The position numbers were made by a program, and so were the translations under genes. Source: Salisapilia sapeloensis CBS 127946 (Eukaryota; Protista; Oomycota). From it: DNA of 64,000 nt. The notes beneath the pieces were generated by a model. The model was given only the letters and a program-made list of their open reading frames with translations, made no database searches and was not told the DNA's origin. The stretch is from the NCBI GenBank assembly GCA_023334545.1, contig JAADVB010000039.1:1-64000 (forward strand), written 5' to 3'. Positions 53,971 through 64,000 of this stretch are shown piece by piece. Numbering within the stretch: the stretch's first letter is position 1; the number at the start of each line of letters is the position of its first letter.

Positions 53971-56900
53971 ATGCCCGTCGCAAATACTAGTATCGAAGAT
54001 GTCGGCAAGCAGTTGATACCGTTGAGTCGATACGAGAAGAAGTATTTGATCAGCAAAGCCAAGGACACGATCAGCTCACTTATTGATCACGCCCATACGC
54101 TTCGTGGTCCAGTCCAGTGGCATTATAATGGCAAATTCCACGGCATACAAATGTACAGAGGGGAAGGAGAGAGCAAGACGAGTGATCGTATCGAGTTTCT
54201 ATGTGGCGTCACGACAATGCAAGGCCATTTGAGCGAAGTGTCCGCGTATTTTGACCAGAGCACGACTGCTCGCATGCGTCAGAAGATGCCGGACGACATG
54301 ATCGACTGCCGAGTGCTCTACGATCTCGTCCACGGCGTTCAAGGAAATGAATTCCAGCGCATTGCAGTCAAATACGCCGCTTATGAAGGTCCGTCCGCTC
54401 TCTCTCGAGGTCGAGACTACTGTTTTCTAGAGGTACAGTCTCTCATACGAACCATTTTATCCGTCCTAACTTTGTTTTCTCCAGTGCCAAGACACTTTCT
54501 ACCACTCGTCTGGACGTAGAGGATGGGCTCTAAGCATGCATTCGATCCGACTGCCTACTTGTCCAGAAATCGAAGGTATCGTCCGAGGTAGCATGTATCA
54601 CAGTGGCTACGTCTTTGTCGAATCCGAGCGAGAAGGATACATGGACGTCTTGCACAGTCTCCAGATCAACTTCAAAGGATCCAATCGTTTACCTTACTTT
54701 TTACTAAACGCGACGCTTAAACGTCGTATCTCGAGCGTCGTCGATGTCTCGAGAGAGATACAGACACTTCGATCTGGTAACCGACCGCTTGTGCGTCGTA
54801 AGAACCTCGTACCAAAGAACATGCGTGCGTTTTGTAGCTGTTGCTCGCGCAAGTTCTGGCTCCTCATGCCAAAAGTTCGTTGTCGTATGTGTGGAGAAGT
54901 CGTCTGTCGTCCTTGTGCTCCGCTCATGGACTATGACATCCCAGGTTACCGTCGTTCTCGCGTACGTGTCTGCACAGCATGCACGAAGCGAGAACAGACA
55001 CGAGCATCTAGATCTCAAGACCAACGCTCTGCTTCCAATATGAACTTCTTGACGAACAGTCTAGTTCTAGATGACGACAACGGGACAGATTATGAGGACG
55101 AACCGAATCATGCGGATGACTATTACCCGACAAACCACTACGAAGATGATGCAGAAGCAGATGAGAGAGCAAGAGAGGATGGGTTGGAGATACAGACGGC
55201 AACATCTACTTTTTCCCAAGAGCTCTTTACGAACTCTAGTAAGCACGTCGAACCACTCAAGATGCGTGAACCCATGGCCGAGATCTCGATCGACCAAGAG
55301 TCTTATCGAGATAGTTCGTACGGACATAGCTACACGGACGGATCGCAGAGTCGCATCGGCAGTGCGATAGACTTTTCCGCCGACTCAGAGAACAGTCGAA
55401 CGTCGTTTGGTTCGCAACTGAATTTCTTCGACTCATCGTACGTGTCGAAGGATACGGACGAAGACTTGGACGAACGAGCGTTGCGGTACCGGTCCAAGTC
55501 GTCCTCATCTAGTGAAGCTTCGAGTCACCCGACGACACCAAGCGCTACGTTTGCTGCGCCTGTAATTGCAGAAGTCGTAGAGGAAGAGAAGGAGGAGGAC
55601 GGGAAGGATACATTATTACGTCAAAACAGTGATGACAGTAGTAAGAGTCGAAAGGCAAAAGACAGTCGGAGTAACTTTGAAGCATCGATTGATGCGGCGC
55701 ATAAGTCGAAAGACGAAGCAGAACGACGTGGAAAACAAGAAAGTAGTAGAGGATCCGATGTGTCGAGTGAAGAGCTGACGAGTAGATTCAGTGACGTCCA
55801 AGCAAACGTCCGTTCCTTCGGCCGAAACCACATTGATGACGATCTATCCTTCTCCATATCTCCATCCACGACACATGAAACGATAAGTGATCCTTTACCA
55901 GCTCATCGAGGTATCGAGAAGCCATCTAGTCGAAGAAGAGCAGGGAGTGAAGGAGGTCAAGTGGAAGTAGCGACGGCAAAGGCGCTGCCTAGTACCGACA
56001 GTGTACCTGCATCTCCCTTTGAAGATCGTACTCGAGACAGTGAGGTAATGACGAGTGCAACGATTGATAAGAAGGTCGTGCAACCAGTGCAGGAAGACGA
56101 CAAGGAGTCGCAGCCGCTCTCCGAGTTCGATCCGGATGCGCATCGAGATGACAGCACGACTGTACCAGTAAAGGACGAGAGTCCAGCGACTGATACGCCT
56201 AAAGACAAGAAACATCGACAAGGGAAGAGCACTTCGGAAGTTACTGCGAGTGGACAGCAGGAGCTGTCGATCTCGTCTAGATCTAGTTCCATGTCTTCAT
56301 CGAATCTCGCTTCATACCATCTGCATGAACTATCCTCTGATCGGTCCTCCCGCTCTAGGCCGTCTTCAAGACGTCGGTCATCTGGTCGTAGACCGATGCG
56401 AGAGCCCGAGTCGAGCTTATCGAGACTGGATGAAGAATCGACAGTCGATCGGGAGAGTACCATGTCGGAAGACTTGGTGGAGCAAGTGCGTGGACATCGA
56501 GAATTGGCCCAGCAAGATGCGCCGGAAGAGTACTTGAATAGCAATCGTTTCCTTCAGTTTGAAGATGCCCATGCAAAGGAGATGGCCGAGTATGCGCGTA
56601 TGGCCAAGGAGCTGACAGGTGTAGCTGACGTGACGCAGCTACCACGTGCAAGTGAAGCGTCGTCTGTCGACACAAGGGGTAGTGTCAATCGAGCGTCGAT
56701 GCAGAGCTTGCAGATCGAACGAAAGTTGGCTCGAAAGAAGTCGAGTCAGAAGAAACGCATGGCGAAGCTCCAGTTGAAGATCGGGAAGGTCCAGAAGTTG
56801 GAAGAAGAATGTCGAGAGTCGATGGCATCGTTTGTAAGTACTGATGAACTAGCTGCGATGGAAGGTAACCAAGTGGATATTGAAAACGACTCATCGCTCG

Positions 56901-57136
56901 TCCGATCTTCGATATCCAGTGCTGATTTAATGCAAAGTGTCCGGTCTGATCTGTCGACGGACGAGATTACTGAGATGGAAGAAGAGTTGTTTGAAGAGCT
57001 GACGGAGCTAAAGAAATTAAAGAAGCAGATTGCTGCTGCCAAGTCCAAGGACAAGGCGGACGAGTACAAGCAACGGTTTAAGGAACAGTATCAAATGATC
57101 CAAGACCTCAAGCAAAGACGTAGTCAATGGATCTAA
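53971..57136 (+). CDS. START-like + FYVE protein with long Ser/acidic tail and C-terminal coiled coil; join(53971..54432,54485..57136)
   Basis: RDYCFLE|CQD..GRRGWALSMHSIRLP..VRGSMYHSG after a 52-nt intron. FYVE: CSCC..KVRCRMCGEVVCRPC..RVCTAC. Confidence 0.85.
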
Positions 57137-57371
57137 ATAAAGAGCATGTAAAAATCGAATCGACTGCTTGTTCAACGTAGCGTTTACGCGCTCAATCCTA
57201 TACGGACTTGTACGCTTCCCTAGATAACGCACCGTCTGGTGTGTGTGAACTTAAAGCCGGAGTCGTTACATACATGATGGCTTGACCAGGCCCACTTTTG
57301 CTTTGGCCGAGCTATCGGTCGTACACACTTGCTTTGGCCGATCTACGATATCGACTTGAGGCCGCGAGCGG

Positions 57372-59292
57372 ATGGACGAACGAATGAGTTTAGCAGAAGA
57401 TGAGGTGAAGTATTGGACTCGATATGGTGCCAAAACGTTTTCGAATATGTTTGCACTATTGCGCGAGTCTGACACGCATGCATCTGGCCGACAAGACAAG
57501 TCGGACAATGTGTCCGCGACGCAATTGCGAAAGCAATTGCAATTGCCACAAAGTGTCATGGGCATACTTGACCGACGGCGTGTGCACGGGAGTTTGGAGG
57601 AAGTCGCCGAGTTCTTCGTGAATGACGATGCGATCGTGCTCGACTTTTCAGCTTCGCGCGTCGTCATGACACTCCAGGATCCGACGCCAGAGCAACCACT
57701 CACACGTACAGAGCTTCGGTGGTCGCTCTTTAAGTCGCCGTCGAAAAAGATCGCACGTTCACAAGACTTTTTCTACATCACGTACATGCAGCCTTTCGTT
57801 GGTGCTGGCGGACGACGTGGATGGGCCAAGTGCTCCCACTCGATCACTCTCGATTCGGTCTGTCCACCGACGCCAGAGTACAATCGCGGCAAAATCTACT
57901 TTTGTGGCACTGTCTTCCAGGAGACACGACACTCGAATATCTTGGACGTTACGTTCTTTTACAATGTCGACACGACGAATATCCCGAGCATCGTGGCACC
58001 GATGATCATGAAGCACAGAGGTAAGAATAATGCCGAGCTACTGGATCACTTCTTGACCGTCCTACGGGCGCAGGACGCGTCGACAGCTCGGGAAAGCATC
58101 ATCCAGCGAGACTTGAAAGCTCGCAAGCACTGCAGTGGATGCTGCAGCCAACTACCCTCCTGGCGACACAAGGAACGATGTCACTTTTGCGATGCGGTAC
58201 GTCTCCTGTGCTGTATGTCCTAACATCCTCGTCTGACATCTTGTTTCTAGTACATTTGCAAGAAATGCACGACGATCATCCGGCAGAGTTACAACTTTAC
58301 ATCGTTAGGTAAACGCAACGCTTGCTTCCAATGCGCTGAATCCAAGGTCGATCGAGTGCATGCACCAGACAGGACTATATCCGACGATACTTCATCCGAC
58401 GGTACGTCCTTCTTACAAACATGTCCACTGTTTCTTCTCATCTGACGTACGAACTTTAGATCATGAATATGAAAGTGGTCGTTTCTACTTCCAAAGTGAC
58501 CATCGAACCATTCAACCTAAACAGAAGGGGGGGAAGATTTTCAACGTCGAAGATGAAGACGAGAGCTCGAGTCGAAGTCGTCAAAGTTCATCTCAGTCCA
58601 GTGGACAGGAGATTTCTGCTAGCAAGGGCACCACTGCTCGAGCGCACTCTGCACGGACGATTTCACAGCGGCCTAAGGCGAAAAGACCGCAGGCACGTAG
58701 TGCTGACAACGATGTTATCTCTCTATCGCGCCAGTCATCCAGAGCTGATGGATATGAAAGCCATCCTGTCGGCCCTTCCGGACGTGCAAGTCCAGTCGTG
58801 GAAGAGAAGACGGATCTGGCTTCCACTGTTCGTTCGGATGGAGACCCGCGATCCAGTACACTTCGAAAACAAGTAAGTGACGAGCGGTCGGCACGACGAC
58901 GACGATCGAAGTCGAGTGGCAATGGATTTGTCCTGTGCAACGATGCGAAAAATCCATCGTACCAAAGCATCAAGGAGCCGTCTCCCGCGGAAAAGCAAGT
59001 AACTCCGGAAGTAAATGGTCGTGAAAAGTCAGACAGCTCGCAGTTGACCGGACCTGCGCAAGCGATATTAGCGAGTATTAGTGCCCGTCGACGTGTCAAG
59101 TCCAAATCGTCTTCCGTTCCGCCATCTGAAATGCATGGCGTACATCTGCGTAGTGATATGAAGCATACGTCGAGTAAATTGAATGGAAGCGAGGAAGATA
59201 GAGATGAATCGCAAGGGTCGGATGATACGATCCGACGGCCAAAGCCTGGCGAGCTATTCGATTTATCTTACTTGAATAATTACAAGTTCTAA
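57372..59292 (+). CDS. START-like + FYVE protein; join(57372..58196,58251..58401,58460..59292)
   Basis: QDFFYITY..GRRGWAKCSHSI..YNRGKIYFCG. FYVE CSGC..CHFCDA|YICKKC..ACFQC is restored by a 54-nt intron, and a 58-nt intron joins the last exon. Confidence 0.8.
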
Positions 59293-59951
59293 ATGTACTG
59301 GAGTTTCATCCGTAAGTAGTGAAAACTTTGCTTTTTCATAGAAATGTATCGGGTTTTGTCGCAGGTAGATGCGTGGTAGAAAGATGTATCCGAAGGTACA
59401 ATCTTATCTTCTTCAGCCATCGGTGTACGCAGTCGACTTGCTATGGTCAGTTCCGACCGTTTTCGATGCTCGTTGCACGAAACCAGTAGTACAAAGTCGA
59501 GTCGGAATCAAATTTTGATTATGGACCATGGCACGCCATCGCGTTGATTTTGTATCCTTACTGACCACATTGATGATCGGCGGAATGAACCGTTCCGAGA
59601 TCTAGAGGAAGAGGCCATATGAGGTTCTATCTTTGTAAAACAAGTGTCCAGTCGATCAATTGTGAGCTATCTCTTCCCACCTTTTGTTCATCCATGATGA
59701 TCGATAGCGATTACTTAGTCGACCTGACCATTTTGTAGCCAATGTAGGCAGAGGATGTCGTCAAGTTATCAGTTGCAACTGACTTCGTCAATATCGACCT
59801 CATTCTTTCTATTTCGTCTGTCGCCGGTTCCACCGGCACCATAACTGGTAGAAAGATTATTTCCTACCGTCCATTGCAGTGCCATGCCCAACGTGGTCAT
59901 CTTCTCACTTTTGAATCGACCATGATCACCACAAGTCGGTCTTTCAGCACG

Positions 59952-61181
59952 ATGGCAGCTGATCTACATTTCCCGATTGCCACGCTATCTGATGAGGAAA
60001 GCCAGGCACTAGTCGACCAAGGTTACGACGAATTCACCAATCTCTTCCCTCGTATCCAGACGGCCATGGAGAAACCTTCTTCACCAGTCCATTCGAATAA
60101 TAAGCAGAGACGATGGCGATGCGAACCAACATCGACGAATGAACTCATGACCATTTGCCACAAATCACACATTGATGCTTCATTAAACGAAGTCGGCTCC
60201 GTCTTCTTCGGTCCGTACATCAACCTTTGCGGTGTCTCGCAACGTGGCGCACGACCCAAGTTACTCCACTCTCTGATTACACCAGATGACCAGTATACCA
60301 TGCGAGCATGTGGTGTCTATTGGTCCATGCTCGATGGTATGCCGACGAATATCTCTCGACCACGTGATCTCGTTTACATCGAGTACTGTGATGAGTTTGT
60401 GGACGACCACGGACGAAGAGGATGGGCAAGATGTTTCCAGTCGATTGACCACCGGAGCTGTCCATCGTTAGAAGAGTCCCATGGCATCATCCGCGCTGAG
60501 TTTGACTGCTGTGGAGTGACGTACACAGAGTGTCAAGATGGTAGTCTAGAAGTCGTGTCTTTCTACGCTGTCGATACAAAGGGAAGCACACCGAAGTGGA
60601 TACAACAAATCTACGCGTCGATCTGCAATTCGAATCACCAGCAACATGCCGTCCATCTCGAACACGTGGTCCGACTCGCTCGGTCCGTCGCGTCTCCACC
60701 TGGTGTGGACGACAAAATCCCAAGTATGTGGTCGCACGATGACTGCTATGGGTGTGGTGGCTCTCTCGCAACGTTCCGTCGGAGCCGAAAGTGTCATGTG
60801 TGCAAGGAATCTCTGTGCAAACGTTGTGCCGATATCGAATACTCTGGCGTCCAACAACTACGCGTGCTCACTGAGATCTGTATCTCGTGCGTCGATGCTT
60901 TCTTAGGAAACAGTAATGAACGAAGTGTACTATATAGTGAAAGCGCGACGAGAAGATCATCGATGGATCTACCGAGTGCAAAGGCACTTGACGACGCCCG
61001 ACATGTTGGATCCACACGTCTATCCAGGCTCCATGTAACCACGCCGAAAGAAGGCACGATTCGCCACCGATCCATGTCCATGAGTCCCAGTATGCTCCTT
61101 CAAAACGCAAGGTATACACCCCCCGAAAGTAGGAGGAAATTTGACCTGCGGTATCTGGAGGACTTTCGTCTATCAAGTTGA
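59952..61181 (+). CDS. START-like + FYVE protein (single exon; alternative ATG at 59922)
   Basis: RPRDLVYIEYCDEFVDDHGRRGWAR..IIRAE. FYVE: CYGC..KCHVCKESLCKRC..ICISC. Confidence 0.82.
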   Translation: MAADLHFPIATLSDEESQALVDQGYDEFTNLFPRIQTAMEKPSSPVHSNNKQRRWRCEPTSTNELMTICHKSHIDASLNEVGSVFFGPYINLCGVSQRGARPKLLHSLITPDDQYTMRACGVYWSMLDGMPTNISRPRDLVYIEYCDEFVDDHGRRGWARCFQSIDHRSCPSLEESHGIIRAEFDCCGVTYTECQDGSLEVVSFYAVDTKGSTPKWIQQIYASICNSNHQQHAVHLEHVVRLARSVASPPGVDDKIPSMWSHDDCYGCGGSLATFRRSRKCHVCKESLCKRCADIEYSGVQQLRVLTEICISCVDAFLGNSNERSVLYSESATRRSSMDLPSAKALDDARHVGSTRLSRLHVTTPKEGTIRHRSMSMSPSMLLQNARYTPPESRRKFDLRYLEDFRLSS

Positions 61182-61374
61182 GCAAGTTTCTACGCCGAAA
61201 GTACCAAGTTGAATGTACCCTCCGGCATAGATAGTTGCTTCGTAGCTAGTTGAAGTTGATAGCGACCTTGTAAGATCGCACTAGCTCCCCATCTGTCACT
61301 GTGCAAGTAAAATAAACGATCGAAGTTGAAAACTATACTCGGATAGAACAAGTACGTGTTCCAAATCAAATCAA

Positions 61375-61617
61375 ATGGAGGGAGATGCGGAGCTATTGGA
61401 GCTAGAAGCCGAATACGAGAAGCTCCTGATGCAACAGTCCGCTCTTCAGCATGAACTTGATGCTAAAATTCACGAAATCCAAAAATTAAAGACGACGTTA
61501 AACCGATATCAAGGGTCGACGAAAGCGTCCATAAAGGACAAGAGATGCAAGGCAAAGGAGTGCAAAAGACAAGACCAAGATACTCTTTGTTCACACTGTC
61601 TTCCAGGTCATAAATAA
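61375..61617 (+). CDS. Small coiled-coil protein (uncertain; possibly spliced)
   Basis: 80-aa ATG ORF in an otherwise empty gap, with a heptad-like N-terminus (LLELEAEYEKLLMQQSALQHELDAKIHEIQKLK). No family recognised. Confidence 0.4.
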   Translation: MEGDAELLELEAEYEKLLMQQSALQHELDAKIHEIQKLKTTLNRYQGSTKASIKDKRCKAKECKRQDQDTLCSHCLPGHK

Positions 61618-61744
61618 AAGAGAAAAGAAAGTTGAAAAGAAAAAAAGTAAAGAACTTGACCATTGGCGTTTGCTACGGCGTCCCTACTTTCGGATCCACT
61701 TTTCCATGCCCAACTCTCCACACGATCGATCCAATCTCTTGGAA

Positions 61745-63178
61745 TCACATGGATCCACCTGGAGACATGCTCAAGTGGTTTCCATTCGGAGGTGGCATAT
61801 GCTACCATCGGCATCAGTAATTTACATTATCTCTAGCTAGAGTAGAAATCGTACCTGATACGCACGCTGCGAAGCATAGCGACGATTCATCGCTTCGTGG
61901 TCCTCGGGTTTCGTAAAGTCCGTCAGATTCTCTTCTTGGGGGCTGCGGCCATACCCGTGCTGATACCCCTGCGGCATCTGTCCATGCTGCCCGCCGTAGC
62001 CATAGCTGCCGTAGCCTGCATACGCGCCATGCTGGTACTGCTGCGGGTAATAACCTCCATATCCGTAATAGTTATGGTAACCGTACTGACCAGCATACTG
62101 GTTGTAGTACGCGCCAGTGCTATTGACTCGAGCGGCCGCGGACCTGCCCCACGCACATCGCACCTTGACGTTCCCGATCATCGCGCCGTTCATCTGGGCA
62201 ATCGCCATCTCCGCTGACTCGCGCGTGGCATACTGGACGAAGCCACAGCCACGTCCAGGAGGCACCTTAATGGACAGAATGTCGCCAAAGCCAGCGAAGC
62301 GAGATCGGAGGTCTTCCTCCGTCGTGGTGGCTTCCAAGCCTCCGATAAAGACAGTCGTGTTCACGCTGTCCTCCTCTACCTGTCCGAACTGTCCTTGCTG
62401 CGCCTGACGCTGCTTCGCCTGACGGTCCGTCGCGACACATACGCGCATCGGACGTGAGGAACAATAGACACCGTTCATGGTCTGCAATGCCTGATCTGCC
62501 TCCTCCTTAACGCCAAAGCGGACAAAGCCAAAGCCCTTGGGCATGCGCGTGACGGGGTCCATGACGACTTTCGCGCCACGGACGCTTGGGAATCGAGCCG
62601 AAAAGGTGCTCATGAGCAACTCGTCATTGACGTCGGCAGCAAGATCACCGACAAAGATTGAGTGGTCGTCCGAGGCTTCCGTGCGTCGACCTCCGCCCCA
62701 GTTTAATCGGAAACGCTGCATCGTATTGGCTACAGAACGGATGAATGCTTGCGTTTATAAGATCAAGGACGGATATATCGTACGGATAGGTTGGCCGTTA
62801 TACGCTTCAAGGACTTGCTGCGCCACTCGCTGCGTCTGGAACTCGAGGAATCCATATCCGGCCGGGTATCCCGTCACTTTATCACGGATGATTTTTACTG
62901 TCGGTTGTTCCGCTACAAGTAGATAAAACGATGAGCAACTAATTACGTATATAAAAAGTAGACATGTATAGCTGCTATATCATCACGATAGTAGGTACGT
63001 TCAAAGCGCATGAGCTAGTAAAACGTGGATGGATCGGGGGGATCTCGATAGCCAGTGTAAAGAAGAGATCAAGAATTGATAACGTACTGCAGTTGGCGAA
63101 GAGGGAACTGATGAAGGCTTCGTCCCAGTTCATCTGGACGTCGCCAATCCATAGTGTCTTAAGGTCCGCCGTCTCCAT
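61745..63178 (-). CDS. Three-RRM RNA-binding protein, RBP45/47-Nam8/Ngr1-TRNAU1AP family; exons 63178-63088, 62912-62784, 62729-61855, 61801-61745
   Basis: KTLWIGD..GYGFLEF..FRLNW (RRM1), SIFVGDL..KGFGFVRF (RRM2), TTVFIGGL..RGCGFVQY..VRCAWG (RRM3), Tyr/Gly/Gln-rich tail. Introns of 175, 54 and 53 nt keep the frame. Confidence 0.9.
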
Positions 63179-63603
63179 GCCGAATAAATGCTACTGAATG
63201 TCCCTGCGGTTGGTCCGAAGGAAGAAACGAGCTTTGGAACGTGCTGCCGAGGGTGGCGTTACAGTGAAATAGCTGCTACGCCATGTTAAGAACATCATCT
63301 TGAAAAGACGGAAGCGCAAACACGACAGACACGACGTTTCGATCGGAAAAACGATAGCTAGAGGCCTTTTGGACACGGGATAGACTACATTCAATGTGTT
63401 ACGTTGGTAGATAGACTTTTGTCGTAGACATCAACAGAGGTAGAGCAAGTACTTCAATAGAACTTCAAAATTTAAACACGATCAGATGATTTGTCACCTC
63501 TTCCGCGAACGATGAGGAGCGTCAGTACCGCTTCCTACCTCTGCTACACGCAGAGCACGGTGGTTTATTTTTACCTTTTCTATTCCTGTCTCAAGGGCGT
63601 ATC

Positions 63604-64000
63604 ATGTTTAAGCATGCCATTGATAATCTTTGGGGTCCGTCTTCCGAGTCACGCGGTGACGATTTTCCATTGACACCGCAGATGACGTCGAACACGGTTG
63701 TGCCGTTCACAGAGGTACGAGACCTTGAGAATGGTGAAGCCAATGGGGATTGTGTGACGGCGCAGGAAGCTTCTATTCGCCAAGCTTTGGACGCCATTAA
63801 ACAATCTCAGGCAGGAGAGCGACTCGACAGATCCCTTGAAAAGCAGCTCGATCCCTTTAAAGCTTTTTTCCAATTGACGCGTCTATACAGGCCGATTGGT
63901 CTTGGACATGTCCTACTGTTTCTATACTCTCCTTTTGGTCTCATCCTCATGAGTATCCGTATCTTCTTCGTCATACTCCTTGCTCTGATTATCCCGCAGA
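63604..64000 (+). CDS. AUP1-like / acyltransferase-family membrane protein, 5' part (runs off the window)
   Basis: Frame stays open to the window end, so it is absent from the ORF track. Segment AFFQLTRL..VLLFLYSPFGLILMSIRIFF resembles the recalled AUP1 N-terminal hairpin (LLLYAPVGFCLLVLRLF). A possible upstream micro-exon starts at ATG 63512 (71-nt intron 63525-63595). Confidence 0.55.
   Translation, partial: MFKHAIDNLWGPSSESRGDDFPLTPQMTSNTVVPFTEVRDLENGEANGDCVTAQEASIRQALDAIKQSQAGERLDRSLEKQLDPFKAFFQLTRLYRPIGLGHVLLFLYSPFGLILMSIRIFFVILLALIIPQ

Overview
Gene-dense eukaryotic genomic DNA, almost certainly from an oomycete. Evidence: oomycete INR+FPR core promoters, short GT-AG introns mostly 51-77 nt, four START-FYVE paralogs, oomycete-type ankyrin and purple acid phosphatase genes. 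A tubulin glycylase suggests a species that keeps flagellated zoospores. I can support about 24 protein-coding genes, one ankyrin pseudogene, and no tRNA, rRNA, CRISPR array or intact transposon. Many ORF-track entries are exon fragments; I rebuilt the splicing by hand and checked reading-frame continuity for the multi-exon models. The most striking element is a single-exon ~1263-aa fusion (37123-40914, minus): permuted papain-like (NlpC/P60) hydrolase, two PKA-R-like cNMP-binding domains, an aralar-like EF-hand region and a mitochondrial carrier. It lies head-to-head, 75 nt ATG to ATG, with a spliced RRG7/Mrr-like mitochondrial nuclease gene that the ORF track misses. Other highlights: an intergenic hairpin with a perfect 21-bp stem (6850-6998), an E2F+CHR+CCAAT promoter ahead of a tesmin/LIN54-like gene, a VPS13 with a terminal PDZ domain, and a possible poison micro-exon in an RBP45/Nam8-like gene. 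All family assignments come from motif recognition by eye; no database searches were run.
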